From the NCBI GenBank assembly GCA_043228905.1, contig JBHGNT010000014.1, positions 8,866,001-8,930,000 on the forward strand: a stretch of 64,000 nucleotides of DNA, read 5' to 3'. Source of the DNA: Azolla caroliniana (lineage: Eukaryota > Plantae > Polypodiophyta). Under the pieces are notes generated by a model. That model was given only the letters and a program-made list of their open reading frames with translations. It was not told the origin of the DNA and did not search any database. The position numbers were made by a program, and so were the translations under genes. This document shows, piece by piece, positions 35,980 through 50,038 of the stretch (positions are counted from its first letter, which is position 1; each line of letters starts with the position of its first letter).

Positions 35980-38900
35980 TCTCGGTTTTCGCCACCGAGG
36001 GTCTCGCGGTTACGCTCATGGTTCGGTTGCACAGTCAGGAACTGGACCGAGTGATGCCCATCTTGGCTCTTGACTCGTGCATATGCCGAACCGTTGTCTA
36101 GCACCTTTGTCTCCATCCGTGCCGTCGTGATGTACGGTTCCCTGAGTATAACCGGATGCGAGGACGTCTCCTGCACGAAGAAGTGCTAATCGATCTCGAC
36201 ATCGCCGATTTTCACTCGTACATTCGGACAGGCTCCAGGCAGCTCTTTCGTGGCACATGTTGCTGCCTATATTTTCCACCCATGCTTGGTGTTGATTGGC
36301 CACTTCCCCTTCTTGTAGAAGTCCATGGACATCAAGTTGATTTCTGAACCGCGGCCCACCAACGCCACGACCGACTCCTAAACATCTCCGATCTTAATGG
36401 GGGTCTCCATGGTTGCTCTAGCCAAATGTGGCCTTGAATAGTGGCTCTCCGCCAACTCGTCTTTTAGAGCCATGTCTTCTAGGTGCGTCGTTCGCACCTC
36501 CACCGGCTTCTCCGGCTCTGGCTCTATCGAAAGCCTTTTCCACTTCACCAAGTCCACGATGGAGTCGTGGAACTCCTTCTTGGAGATTCCTAGCACTTCC
36601 CTCAGTGACAACTCCACTTTGCTATCGAGGATACGTTCCTCGAGGACCTTTCGCAGGTCCGTGGTCCTCTCGATCTCCGTGCTCAGTCAGTACGCAACCC
36701 TCTTGGCTTTATCCGGTGCACCGGTCGCACCGGCATCATTCTGCTTTTGCCCGAACCGGGTCTCATACCGTTGTGAGGGTTCAGCCCTTCCGGTCTTACC
36801 CGCACGCTTGTCCTCCACCAGAACCTCATAGTTTTGGCAAGCGGCTTCAACGAAGCCCGTCTTCTCTTCGACCGGGTCACTCCACCCGGTTACCTCCCGG
36901 ACCCGCCTTTCCGCACGGTCCACTTCCTCTTTCCTCAGCCATACGCTGGCGAGGCCTTCTAGCATCAACGGGTAGAATCCGAATTCCTTCATCTTCCGGA
37001 CTTTAGCAGTTCCGACCCGGATTCCAGCCGACGCTCAGTAGTGGACTGTCTCCGCGTGGCGAGCCGCCGCTTCTTCCATCAGCTGTTTCATACACCCTCG
37101 TCCGACATTCAGATCCAGGGCCCTTTCGTTCTCGCTAGCGTGCACCCGATCGTTCCATAGGTACACCATGTTAGCTCTTATCGCTTCGGCGAAGTCCCCG
37201 CAGTCCTTTCAAGCATGGCCGACCGCGTCACACCACAAGCACCGGTTCCCAGCCGGAGGCCTTCGGTCACAGACTTATTCGCCACCGTCCCTCCATGCTT
37301 GTGCAATCTGGAGGTCCCTCACCATCTGAGTCAGCTCCTCCAGAGCCGCTCCTCCGGACGAGCCTTTGACCATGCTAGTCGAAGTCGAGCCGGTCTCGAG
37401 CCAGTCTCGGGTCTCTTCCCTTTGCGCCGGTGGGGGTACCTCGACCTTCCTTGTCGCAACAGAACCTGCCCTCGTCAAGCCTTTATCGACCCACTCACGC
37501 CGTTTGTCAAAACGGACGCAAACTGTCTTTACCACGACCCAGTCAGTTGTTAGGCCGTCATCGGTCTTGAGCTGGAAGCCCACTTGCTCTCGGTCCCATA
37601 CATCCACCGATTTAATGAACAATAGGACACGACTTGTGTCCAGTACGGTCCGGTCCAGCACCGAAAGACGTGCGAAGCATTCTTCAAACTCCCGAAGGAG
37701 CACCAACGCATTTCTCCCCTTTTCGGGGGTCTCCACCCATTCCATGAAGTCCCGCTTCGATAGCCAATGTGCATCATCAACCCTGTATTTTTCAAGGAGC
37801 CGACCTTCAAACTCTTCCCAGGTCCGACTCTCAGCCCGTACCTCAAGCACCTCCGCGTGGATGCCCGGGATCGCCACCTGAGGGAATCCGGCCAACCGCC
37901 TGTCCTCCGGGATGTCCCTCATCACCATTTCGGCTTGGTAAGACACCAAATAGCTCGTGGCGTCCTTCCCACCGAACCAGCCTATCGTGCCAACGACTGC
38001 TTCAATAGCCCTATCGAGGGCGCTTGTGCCTTTGCGCACACTCACTATCTGATCCACAGCTGAAGCCATGGCTTCTCCAAGATCTGACCCTCTCATCTTT
38101 CTATTCCTCTGCCACCTGTTCACGTCGGGTTCACCAAATATGTTGGTTGTTATGCGCGTGCGTGGAGAACGAGGCGGGACCACGAGGGCCTCGAACCGAG
38201 AAATAACCGAATGAGAAGAGGGGAAGGAAATTACCGATGTAGTTCACACGCGCACAAACACACAGAATCACAAGAGTTGCAACTAACTCTGAACAATGGA
38301 GACAGAACGAATGTTTATGTATATATAAATCAAGGAGTTACAACCGGCAAGCCGTCGAGTGATAGGCTTCGATGCCTGCACACACACTCACACAGAACGC
38401 GAGATGGAGACTCTATCGGAAGCATTCGGGCGTTCCGCGGAGCAAAGTCAGCCTCCCGAAACCTGCACAGAACGACTATGGAGAAAACAGAGGAGAAGAG
38501 CTTGGTTCTAGTTCGGCAGCACTTCGTCCTCCACAAAACGCGATACCTTTTTCAATACCTCTCCCTCTCTTTTATAGCCCAAGGAGGGAGGCCGTTACCA
38601 CCCGTTACATCATGTTTATTCCCTATCCTTTCGGACAAGGATACGCCTCAATTTTCTCCCTACTGAATGCGTGCTACCTAGGATTTCACCTCAGCCGACT
38701 TGTACCTATCTGCGTACTATACAACAAAACTTGTGCCCACGTGTAAGGGCTGGTTTACACATATTATACCCGGTTTCCGCCTAGGGACGGTTTTCTCCAC
38801 GACAACGCTTTCGCACAACGTATTCTTTTACAATAGGCAATATAAGGACCAACGTCGGTACGACAGAAGTTCGGACGATGAACGGCGCCAGGAGACACAT

Positions 38901-40519
38901 CGCGAACCCCGGTACCCACTACGGAATAACAGGAGGTTTTACAAAACCGGGATGAACAAGCAATAGCCACGGAAATGACTACACCGCTAGAGAGAGAGAG
39001 AGGCGAGTCCAGTGTCCATTGTTTAGTATGTCAACAACCCGGATATTACACGAGTCAGTGTCCACTTCGCAAAGGCAAAGAACCCGCCGTAAATATGATT
39101 GCGGTAGAAGTTCAACAAGTGACAACATGGCAGCAAACCAAGAATGCGGGATGGACTATGCAAGAGGAGATACGCAAAGCAGACCAAGCCTGGGTAGAAA
39201 AAGCTAATGCGGCAAATACGGAACGTATGAGGCAGGAATCCGCGAACAACTTACCAAGGGGAGAAGATACGACATCACCGGATTCCATATGGCAAGCACT
39301 AGCGGACTGCGAGATAATGATGACCATGGAGAAGCTCCTCTAACTGGTTCCACGATTCTGGTAAGCAGTGGAGAATCGCATGACGGGCACATTTGGGATA
39401 GATGTCTCAACAAATTTTGTAGAAACCAGTTCCGGTCCAACAGTAGTAGACCATCACAACCCAGCCATGAAATTGGTGATACAGGGTCAAGAAGTCGACG
39501 GATGTATAGTCGATGGAGGTTCCGGCGTCAATCTCATTAGTACGACTACATGCGAATGATTAGGAATTTCGAATTAGGAAGTTAGCCCTTTTTGGCTTCG
39601 CATGGCAGATACCAGATCGGTCTGACCCTTAGGGTTGATCTGGAAATTAGGCATTATCATTGGCGATCATCGTTTTGACATTTCGGCAGTGGTATTGGCA
39701 CTTAACGCACCAGGAGCATACCCAATATTGCTCGACAGATTGTGGCTTAAGGCGGCTAACATCAAACAGGACTGGCAGCATAACTGTATTAGTTTCCGAC
39801 GAGGACGCAACAAAATCCGCATACCCACTCATGAAATGGCTGCACAACCCAAGGGCATAACACCATTATCTGCAGACGACATAAATATGCTAGAAGGGGT
39901 AGATGATGTGGAGTTGGAAGCATACCTTGATGATCACCCACAGATCGTCCCATTATTTGAAATTGATATTATGGAAACTATTGCAGATTACGTGCCCAGT
40001 GATACGCTTCAGGTCGAGGCGTACGAGCCGGATCCAGAATCGTTGCTAGAGCTAAGTAGGGCATGACCAACGTTTGACTGGGAAATGGAAATCTCATAGT
40101 GAGTCTCAACCTCAACATTAGAAGATGTCAACGTTGGAACGACAACGGATCCACGAGTACCCTCGATTGCAAAGGATTTACCCCAAGTCAAAAGGAAGCA
40201 ATGATAGCGCTGCTAAGATCAACTTAGCTACCAATGCGAAACCCGTACAACAATGTTGGTATCGAATGAATCCGAATTACGCGGCTTGCGTAAAAGAGGA
40301 AATTGACAAACTTCTCAAGGTAGGGTTTATTCGACTAGTTAAGCAAGCTACATGGGTAAGCCCAATAGTCGTAGTACCCAAGAAAAATGGCAAAATCCAC
40401 GTTTGTGTAGACTATCGGAAATTGAACGCCATAACAATTACAAATGTGTTCCCCTTACCTTTCACCGACAGCGTACTCGACGCAGTCGCAGGGCATGACA
40501 TGTACAGTTTTCTAGACGG

Positions 40520-41242
40520 TGTCGTGAAGATTTACGTCCACGAGCGGAAACCCGAGCAACGAGAGCCAAAGAGCGATGTGCAATGTTGCACACGTACATA
40601 ATGTATTTGTAATAATAATAAGGGAAAAGGGTATGGTGCTAGAAATGCCCCATAAGATCCCTAAGGTATAAAGGTGATGTGGTCTTGTGCGCACATCCAC
40701 GCGAGAGAGAGAGAGAGAGGTACTATGCGGTATATAGGTACCTAGTTTTTTGTGAGGAGGTGGGAGTTAAGGGGCCATCAATCTCACCCTCCCCAAATCA
40801 AGGCAAATATCCCCTTTGAATGAAAGGGGATATTTTAGTCTCGCTTTTGTAAACGGTCTTCCCTCCTTGTGCTATAAAAGGAGAGGGAAGGCACCATTGT
40901 GGGGGTTGCCTATTTTGGAGTGTGCGAGGTATACCACATAGGTCAAGCGTTAGGGTTAGGGTTATGGTTTCTTTGTCTTTTTCTTCATCTTCGTCGGTTA
41001 GGGTTTCGAGTAGTCATTTGGTGCGGCCTACGCGGCCACCATTTTCTAATTGTTCATTTCGTTTTAATACATCTTGTTGATCATCTTGTCTCCATCTTCC
41101 TCTTGTTCGATCTAATCTCTTGTTCATTCTTCTTCTTCTTGAGCAAAGCTTCCATTCCATGTCCGATTCCTTCTCCTCTACTCCTTAGTCCAAGACCCCC
41201 GTGGTCCCACCCTTCGCCACGCACGCACGTAGCAACATGACA
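40520..41242 (+). mobile_element. Solo LTR of gypsy clade B (divergent subfamily), 4-bp TSD ACGG
   Basis: TGTCGTG...CATGACA flanked by acgg (40516-40519, 41243-41246). Removal restores RT FLDG|FNGYNQ. Confidence 0.92.
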
Positions 41243-41651
41243 ACGGCTTCAACGGATATAATCAAGTGCGCATGCATCCTGACGACCAAGAGAAGATGGC
41301 GTTTGTCACTGATTGGGGGGTTTATGTTGCGGTAGTCATGATGTTTGGGTTAAAGACGGCGCTTGCCACATTCCATTGGACAATTACGGAAATTTTCGGG
41401 GAATACATACCCGCCTTTATGCAAGTCTTTCTGGACGATTTCACGGTGTATGGGACAAAGGTCAAACATCTAAGTCATTTATGGCTTTGTCTGGAGCGTT
41501 GTTGTACTGCATCCTTAAGCCTGAATCCGGCTAAATGCGCATTTGGCATCATCAGTGGAGCCCTTCTCGGCCACATCGTAAGCAAGGAAGGGATAGCGGT
41601 GGACCTGAATAAAATTTTCGTGATCATTCAAGCGAAAACGCCAATGACTTT

Positions 41652-44600
41652 AGTAGAAAGTAGCGTGCAGAAGCAAGTATGAAGACCGAACAGAAGAGAG
41701 GAAACACAAAAAACTATATTCAATAATACTCAGTCTCTGTACATAAGACGTGCTCAGTGAACACTTTTATACAAGTCCTAGAAGGACGGACCGAAGTACT
41801 GACAATACTTCAATGCTCATCAAGAGCTCCTACACTAACTCCCAAAAATATTCCTCACAGAATATCTTTCCTAACGACCTCCCGGTTTACGCACTCGGCC
41901 TAACCGATCGGTCCCAACCGATCCGGTCCTCGGCTTCTTTAGCCGATCCGGCCGATGTTGAGCTTGTCTCTCAATACTCCCCCTCAAGCTCAACTTGAGG
42001 CTCTTCGGGATCTTCACAGCGCCGGTTCCTCCTGGCTTCTCGCCTTGCTCGCGCTCCTCGACCTGTTCGACTCCGCGCGCTTCGACCCTTCCGGTCGGCT
42101 TGTCTGCTCATGTGGCCCTTATCAGCTCTTCTGCTGTTGCGGTGTTGACACTTCTTTTGCTACCTTTTCTTCCGCTTGGGCCTTGGTTGATTCAGCATAT
42201 CTGAATCAAACATCCGAACCGACTTGGCTATCTCCGATCGGTTTTCGCTCTCGTCCGAGTTGGCTGTCTCCAACTCGTCTTCGGTCTTCTTGCCCTCGAT
42301 GCCATCATCTTCCCCGTACGTGGTTGGCTTCGGCTCGATCCTTTGGTTGCTCCCCTTCTGTCCGCTTCCGGACTCTTCCGCGGGTCCGCCCTCGGCTTCT
42401 TCAGCCGATCCGAAATCGAACTTGACAACCGAGTCAACACCTGAGTCAACCGACTCGGTGTCGCGGTCTCCGCTCCTTTCCTACTGCCTTGCTTGGTCGT
42501 TTGGGACTGTTCTCCACCTCAAGTTTGGCACGTCGAGGTGACGCAATCCGAGCGCACCCGAGAATTGCCGCAACTTGTCCAGACAAAGAGGCTTGGTGAA
42601 GATGTCGGCAGTCTACCGATCCGTCGGAACGTACTGAAGTTCGACTTCACCGGAAAGGACACGCTCACGGACGAAATGGTAGTGCACCTCAATGGGCTTG
42701 GTCCGTGGGTGGAAAACGGTGTTTTTCGCGAGCTGGATGCTGCTGAGGTTGTCACAGTAGATCGTCGTCGGATCTAACACCTTAAACCATATGGCTTCGC
42801 ATGTCGCGACAACCGCTCCTCGGTACTCAGCTTCGGTGCTCGACAGTGCAATTGTCGGCTGCTTCTTACTGCTCCACGTGATCGCGGCACTCCCGAGGGA
42901 GAACGCGTATCCAGACGTGGATCCGGCGATCAGCGGCGTTGCCAGCCCAATCAGCATCAGTGTAGCCGATTAACTGCGCGGTTGCACCGGTCCGATATAG
43001 CAGTCCTCGGTCCTTAGTGCCACTTACGTACCGTAGTACGCGTTGCGCACACTGAAGGTGCTCCTCGGTAGGTCGCACCATGAACTGACTGATCACCCCG
43101 ACCGGGTAACTGAGGTCGGGTCGGGTGATGGTCAAGTATATGAGGCTTCCGACAGTTTGTCGAAACCTTTCCCGTATCGGGACGAAGCTTGACAGTTCTG
43201 TCCAGAGGAGGCGAGACGGACTTACAGTCGGCCATCCCGAGCTTGAAGAGCATACTCAGCACGTAGTGATGTTGGCTGATCAATATGCCTTCGGGGGTAC
43301 GGATCACTTCGATCCCGAGGAAGTAATGAAGGTCCCCCAGATCCTTCATGTCGAATGATGCCGCAAGCTGAAGCTTCACGCGGTCGATTTCACCGAGGTC
43401 GGCGCCGGTGATGACCAAGTCATCAACATATAGTAAAATACTAACCGGTCCGAGTCGACCTTTCCGGATGAACAGGGAAGAGTCCGATTTTGACGTGACG
43501 AAGCCCATCCGACGCAGTTGTTGTGTGATCTTCGCGTTCCAGGCACACGGGGCTTACTTCAGTCTGTAAAGGGACTTCTTCAGTCGGCATACTGTCGAGG
43601 AGTTCGTTCCGAAGTGAAATCCGGGGGGTTGTACCATGTACACTTGTTCCTCAAGGTCTCCTTGCAGGAACGCATTCTTTACATCCATCTGATGTAAGTG
43701 CCACCCCTTGGCGGCGGCTACTACGAGCAAAACACGGACGATCGTCATTTTCGCGACCGGCGCAAACATCTCATCGTAGTCAATGCCGTGTTTCTGCGCG
43801 TAGCCCTTTGCCACTAGCCGAGCCTTGTACCGGTTGACCGAGCCATCGGTGTTATACTTGACCTTGTACACCCACCTACACCCGATTGGTTTTACCCCTC
43901 TTGGTGCGTCAACCAGGTCCCAGGTCTCGTTCTCCGCCAATGCGTGCATCTCTTCCTCCATCGCGGCATGCCAATTCGCGTCTTTAGCCGCTTCTACGTA
44001 GCTCTCCGGCTCATGCACTTCCGCTACACGGGTCATGTACGCATAATGATGCGCCATGTACTCGTTGTATCCGAACCGCAAAACAGGATTCTTCTGGCGG
44101 GTAGATCGGCGTAATCTCACATTAGCCGATGTCGAGGCCTTCTCGGTCGACGCGGTCTTCACCTTTAAAGACCCGTCACCGGTTCCCTCGGAGTTGAACT
44201 CGCGTCGGTCTGACTCGTTCCTATCCGTGCCGGAATCCGACACCTTCTTCTTCCCTTTCTCTTTGCGCATAAGCCGTCTCCTCAACTTCTTGCGCGGGGA
44301 ATGCACAGCCGAGTCTCCACTACTCGCTGGCTCTTCATTGGACTGGTCGTACCGACTCAGTCGTCCAATCGGTCCACTTAACCGGAGTGAAATTAGACAC
44401 TCTTCGCGGGTCTCGATTTCGGGCTCATTCAGAGGCATCTCGGCCTCGCTGAGCTCATCGTCAGAGCTCGGATTGGAGTTGGGGTTCCGAGTCGGGGGCA
44501 GGTACTAGGACGCGGACTCGTCAAACACAACGTCGCGGCTGGCACGCGCTTGTTTGGTGCGAGGGTTATAACACTTATAACCCTTCTGCTCGTCCGAGTA

Positions 44601-47232
44601 ACGGACCAAGATGCACTTCTCGGCCTTTGCGTCCAGCTTCCTCCTTTTCTCCTTCGGTACATGCACATACGCAATGCTACCGAACACCCTCAAGTGTCGC
44701 AAGTTCGGCTTCGTTCCGAAATATAACTCGTGCGCCGACACTTTGTCTCCGATCCGGTTCTGGATGTATACCGCGGTCCTTACCGCCTCGGCCCAGTAGA
44801 ACTTGGGCAAGCTCTTCTCCTCCAGCATCGCCTGTGCCGCTTCCACAATCGCCCGATTCTTTCTCTTGGCCACGCCGTTCTGCTCTGGCGTGTATCTACA
44901 ACTGAATTCGCGCCGAATTCCCATTTGTTGTAGATAACCGTTGAATTGACCAGAAAAGTACTCTTTCCCGCCATCTGACCGTAGGCATTTGTTCTTTCGT
45001 CCCGTTTCGGTTTCCACGAACCCTTTGAGGTCCCGGAAACAGTCGAAGACTTCGCTCTTCCTCTCAATGAGGTAGATCCACGTGTGCCGCGTGTGGTCGT
45101 CGATGAAGGAGACGAAACATCGGCTCCCGCCAAGAATAACGTTTTGTGCTGGCCCTCACACATCGGAGTGTATAAGGTCGAGCTTGTTCTGGCTCTGGTT
45201 TCGCTTGTTGGGGAAAGGAAGTCGGTGTTGCTTCCCGAGCTGGCAGGCTTCACAAATTCGTGCCTTTCGGCCACTAAACTTGGGCAATCCGAATACTACC
45301 TGTTTCGATTGCAGATCTTGAAGCCGTTGGTGGTTGACGTGGCCTATCCGCTTGTGCCACAGGTCGATATCCGACTCGGTCTTTTGTCCCTTTGCGAACA
45401 TTGCGGTGCCGCCGTCAGTGGAGTCGAGGATGAACATCCTCCCGTCTCTACGCCCTTGCGCAATCACACGACTTTCTTCCTCAATGAAGCACCCGAGGTG
45501 TGTAAACCGAACCTCCATCCCTTGGTCAACGATCTGTCCGACCGAGACCAAGTTTTTCGTGATTGTCGAACGTGCAGCACGTTCATGAGTTTCCCTTTCT
45601 GCCCGACATGGCTAAGGGGAACTTCTCCGACATTCGCGATCGGATGTGGAGTGTTGTCTCCAGTTGCGACTACTCCAGGTTGTATCGGTTTTTCAAGGTA
45701 CGAGAACCACTCCTTATGGCTCGTTATGTGGTTTGACGCGTTGGAGTCTACGTACCACACCTCGTCTAATCTCGGGTTGCTCTGTTTCATTGAGTTTGCT
45801 TCGTTTCTCGTCACGAAGACAGACCCTTCTCTAGCTCTCCCGGAGTCTTTGGCGTAGTGCGATCGCTGCCGATTTCCCTTGTGGGTATGTCCGGAGCTAT
45901 TTCCGGAACCGGTTCTCTCCAAATCGGCGCGCTTCTTCCAGCACTCGCTTTCCCTGTGGCCTTTCTTGCCACAATACCAGCACTCCGTGATGGACTTCCC
46001 TTGCCGGTTCTCATCGCTTCAACTCCCCCTGTTTCCGGAGGGTCCGGAGTTGCTGTCGGCATCACTTTGGTGCCTTCTTCCTTGATCTTGTCGGCCGCCT
46101 TCATTGCACCCCGACTCGCCTCGTCCTCCACGTCCACGGGGCCTATCTCCCTCCGTGTACAACATTCTGCTGTCGGCGTGCGTGCTTGTAGACGCACCCG
46201 CGTGGTTCTCCTCTACTAGGAGCATCGACTATAAGTCGAAAAAGGACGGCGTATTCTCCCGGGTACACACAGCCGTTCGGAACGCTCCGAACTTCGACGC
46301 CAAACCTCCGAGACAGATCTGGACCATCTCGCTCACCTCGATGTTCACCTCTATGGAGGCGAGGGAGTTGCAGATAGCCTTGATCTTTGAGGTATAGTCT
46401 GCCACCGACAAGTCGCGTTGTCATAGGTTGCTCAACTCCTGTCGAAGCTGAAGCTTCCTGGCTGTGGTGCTCGCGGCGAAAATCTTCTTCAAATTTTCCC
46501 ACACACCCTTCAGTGTCTTTGCATCCCGAACATAGCTCAATAGCTATTCGCCCACACACAACGTGAAGCAGTACAATACCCTGCTCGTCGATTGCTCCCA
46601 CGACGGGAAGTCTCTGTGTGTCGATTCGGGTGCCGCGTCATTAGCTCCTTCGACATAACTCCAGTAGCCGTGCCCGAGCAGGTACTGGTGCATCTTGTAG
46701 GACCAAGACGCGTAGTTGGTTCTGTCGAGCTTCTCTGTTGGAAGTGAGCTCGCCATGCCTCTATCCATCGTTCTTCTCGTTCTTCTTCGTCAAGTTGTGT
46801 CGGTTGCAGAGAGGTTCTCAACCCTCGCGCTCTGATACCATGTAGAAAGTAGCGTGCGGAAGCAAGTATGAAGACCGAACAGAAGAGAGGAAACTCAGGT
46901 TTAATGGAGAGCTTGAGCTTACACGGTATATGCAGGAGAGACAGAGAGAGAGAGAGAAAACACAGAAAACTATATTCAATAATACTCAGTCTCTGTACAT
47001 AAGACGTGCTCAGTGAACACTTTTATACAAGTCCTAGAAGGACTGACCAAAGTACTGATAGTACTTCAATGCTCATCAAGAGCTCCTACACTAACTCCCA
47101 AATATATTCCTCACAGAATATCTTTCCTAACGACCTCCCGGTTTACGCACTCGGCCTAACCAATCGGTCCCAACCGATCCGGTCCTCGGCTTCTTCAGCC
47201 AATCCGGCCGATGTTGAGCTTGTCTCTCAACA
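41652..47232 (-). mobile_element. Ty1/copia element F, degenerate (5' LTR 46841-47232, 3' LTR 41652-41976, PBS 46829-46840, TSD acttt/acttc)
   Basis: Paired LTRs (the 3' copy has a ~67-bp deletion and mutated termini); tggtatcagagc; gag-pol pieces homologous to C, D and G. Confidence 0.93.
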
Positions 47233-49016
47233 ACTTCCAAAGCACTCAGCCGTTTTTTGAAACAAATACGTTGGGATAGTCATATGTTACGGTATTTGGC
47301 AGATTTCGCTACACCACTCCACGCCGTCGTACACCACACACCTTTCAAATGGACGACAGTCAAAGAAAAAGCATAGGACGCACTTAAAATAATGTTAACG
47401 CAAGCACCGGTCCTACAACCACTGGATTGGGTGAAACCATTCCATGTCTTTGTGGATGCTTAAGACATAGCAATAGGCAGCGCATTGATGCAGCTCACAG
47501 AACTGAATTGGTACAGACCGGTCTATTACGCTAGTCGAAAGCTATCAACGACCGAAAGTAACTACTCCACAACATAACGGGAGGCGCTGGGAATGATATA
47601 CAACATCAATAAATTCCACCATAATCTGCTGGGGCGAAAATTTACATTTCACGTAGATCATGTGGCGTTGCTCTACTTGGTGGAGAAACAGGCGCTGACA
47701 GGAAAACTGGCTAGATGGATGTTATTGCTCCAAGAATTCGACTTCATAATTCAGCATTGCCTAGGTATACAACATGTCGTGGCAGATTTCTTGAGTTGGG
47801 TGGACAATGGGGAAACTGCAAGGACAGATGACGATGACTTTCCCGATGCGAACGTTTTGTGGGTCGCGATGGCAGCGTCACGGGAAGAGAAAAAGTTTCC
47901 GGATGGATGGCTAATGGAAATGATGTACTTTCTGACTACAGGAATGCCATCGCCACAATTAAGGATGGACGAAAAGAAGCGATTGGTTGTCCGTAGTCGT
48001 AACTTTTGCGTGCTCCAAGGAATACTGTATCCCAAGGGCAGCGATGGAATCTGGCGACGCGGGGTATGTCAGGATGAGAAGGAAGCTGTTTTGCACGAAG
48101 CTCACTACGGTACTATAGGGGGGCACTATGCGGGAGATGTTACGGTCAGAAAAATATGGCAAGCAGGTCTATGGTGGCCGACCACGCAAAAGGACGTGCA
48201 CCTCTACTGCAAGTAGTGTGATTTATGTCAACGATTGGGTCAGCCCACGGAGGGCGCGAGAATGCCACATCAACCCGTTCTTCCGCTAGATCCATTCCAG
48301 AAGTGGGGTCTTGATTTTGTGGGACCCTTTACACCAGCAACAGCCACAGACTATTGCACTAAGTGGGTGGAAGCAAAGGCACTACGGGACAACACAACGA
48401 CATCTACGGCAAAAATTTTGTACGAATACATATGGTGCTGTTTTGGTTGCCCCATCGAGCTCATCAGTGATCAAGGGAGTCACTTTCTGAATTCAATCAT
48501 CAACGAGCTCACGCACCATTACGCTGTCGTCCATAAGAAAAGCACGCCATACTATCCACGGGCGAATGGACTAGCAGAGTCCACGAACAAAAATTTGTAG
48601 ACAATATTGAAGAAGATCGTGAACGAAAATAGAACGGACTAGGACACTAAATTGCACAACACTTTGTGGGCGTATCGAACCAGTTATAAGACTAGCATAC
48701 AGTCTATGCCATTCCGGCTAGCATTTGGGTTAGAGGCCATAATGCCCGTCGAATTCCAGGTGCCAAGTCTGCGAATTCAAGTATGAGACCGCCTAGCGGA
48801 AGGCCAGTCCGAGCAGCTACGGTTACAACAACTCCTCGAATTAGGAGAGGCTCAGATACGTAGTATGGCCATACTGGAGCAGGAACAAAGACGGTGTAAA
48901 GCATTCATCGATCGACATTGAGTCACACGGGGGAAGGACTTCGCAGTCGAAAAGGCTGTATTGGTCTTTCAAACACGCATGGGTTAGATGCCTGGGAAAT
49001 TAAAATTCCGTTGGAC

Positions 49017-49854
49017 CGAGGTTGTTAGGTACATTAGGTACGGTACGGATACCATACGTATTTAACATATTAATCCCGTATAGTACCTCCCCATTTAAAA
49101 ATACGTTAAATATGTTTTCTTAATATGTTAAATACTTATAAAATACGTAAAGTACGTAAAATATGTATTTTACGTATAGTACGTTAAATACTTCTAGAAT
49201 TTGAAAATTATTTACCTTTCTAAAAAATATCTATAATATTGTAAAAAACATCTATGTTTACACAATTTTGTGATGTACAATATAGTTCTACATCCTAAAA
49301 TGCATATAAGACATTTGAACATTTCACATCCTAAAATACATGTAGTAATATGGATGTCGACATTCCCTTATTCTATAAATTAGTGTAAGTGTGTATCATG
49401 ATGTTCTACTTCAAATTGGAATTATTTACAATTATGCCTTCATAGATTGAGGAATCGTCTACGATTATCACACTCATGATAGGTTTCTCTTTTCTTCGTT
49501 TTCTTCTTCTTCTTCTTCTATCTTCTGCGATTATCACACTTAGGATAGGTTTATGTCTTCTTTTCTCTTCATCTTCTTCATCTTCTTCATCGTCGTCTCT
49601 TCTATTCTTCTTTCTTCCTTCCTTTGGCTTCTTTTTCACTAAAATCTTTTTTTCCTTTTGCTTTTTGTTAGGGTTTTACTTACATTTTCTTTATAAATAC
49701 GTATTATACTTTTTTATTATAAATATATTAAATACCGTATTGGACAAATGTACATGATATTTGACTGAACAACATTGAGGTATAGTACGTACTATACAAA
49801 TGATGAGGTACTATATGTATTTAAACGTTAAATACGGGTACGTAAAAAACCATG
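49017..49854. mobile_element. Non-autonomous hAT-like DNA transposon (AT-rich, 838 bp)
   Basis: Imperfect TIRs CGAGGTTGTTAGGTAC / revcomp CATGGTTTTTTACGTAC; degenerate 8-bp TSD cgttggac/cgcttgac; subterminal TACGT/AATACG repeats. Removal restores integrase FRWT|GPY. Confidence 0.68.
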
Positions 49855-50038
49855 CGCTTGACGGGGCCGTACTAAATAGTCAGAGCGGAAAACAACATTT
49901 TTCAATTAGGCACCTTGGCCAGAGAGGTACTTCGCCAAAAAGTAAATGGGTTTCGATTGAAACCCTATCTGGGACCTACGCCTCCAAACCCGTTCCACGC
50001 CGTGATTGCCACAGCAGAGGGGCCCATACATTAATTAA

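Larger units (their letters stand above)
34205..38804 (-). mobile_element. Ty3/gypsy clade B copy B2, 3'-truncated (5' LTR 38141-38804, PBS-Trp, gag-protease to 35970, RT and start of RNase H)
   Basis: Homologous to B1. RT motifs PYSNRWFTVPKKNG, SGYDQF, PQGGTNSVA, FLDD. Inserted in the 3' LTR of D at acgc (38805-38808). Confidence 0.93.
23726..38832 (+). mobile_element. Ty1/copia element D, degenerate three-LTR structure (partial LTR 23726-23800 plus 29362-29518; PPT; full LTR 29564-29998; PBS 29999; gag-pol 30106-34204; 3' LTR tip 38805-38832), TSD atagg
   Basis: LTR homology between the pieces; tggtatcaaagc; gag-pol homologous to C, F and G; atagg at 12932-12936 and 38833-38837. Confidence 0.85.

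Noticed and set aside
40949-40962. TTAGGG telomere-like repeat in a solo LTR
   Set aside because: Only about two units, compatible with chance or an ordinary telo-box.
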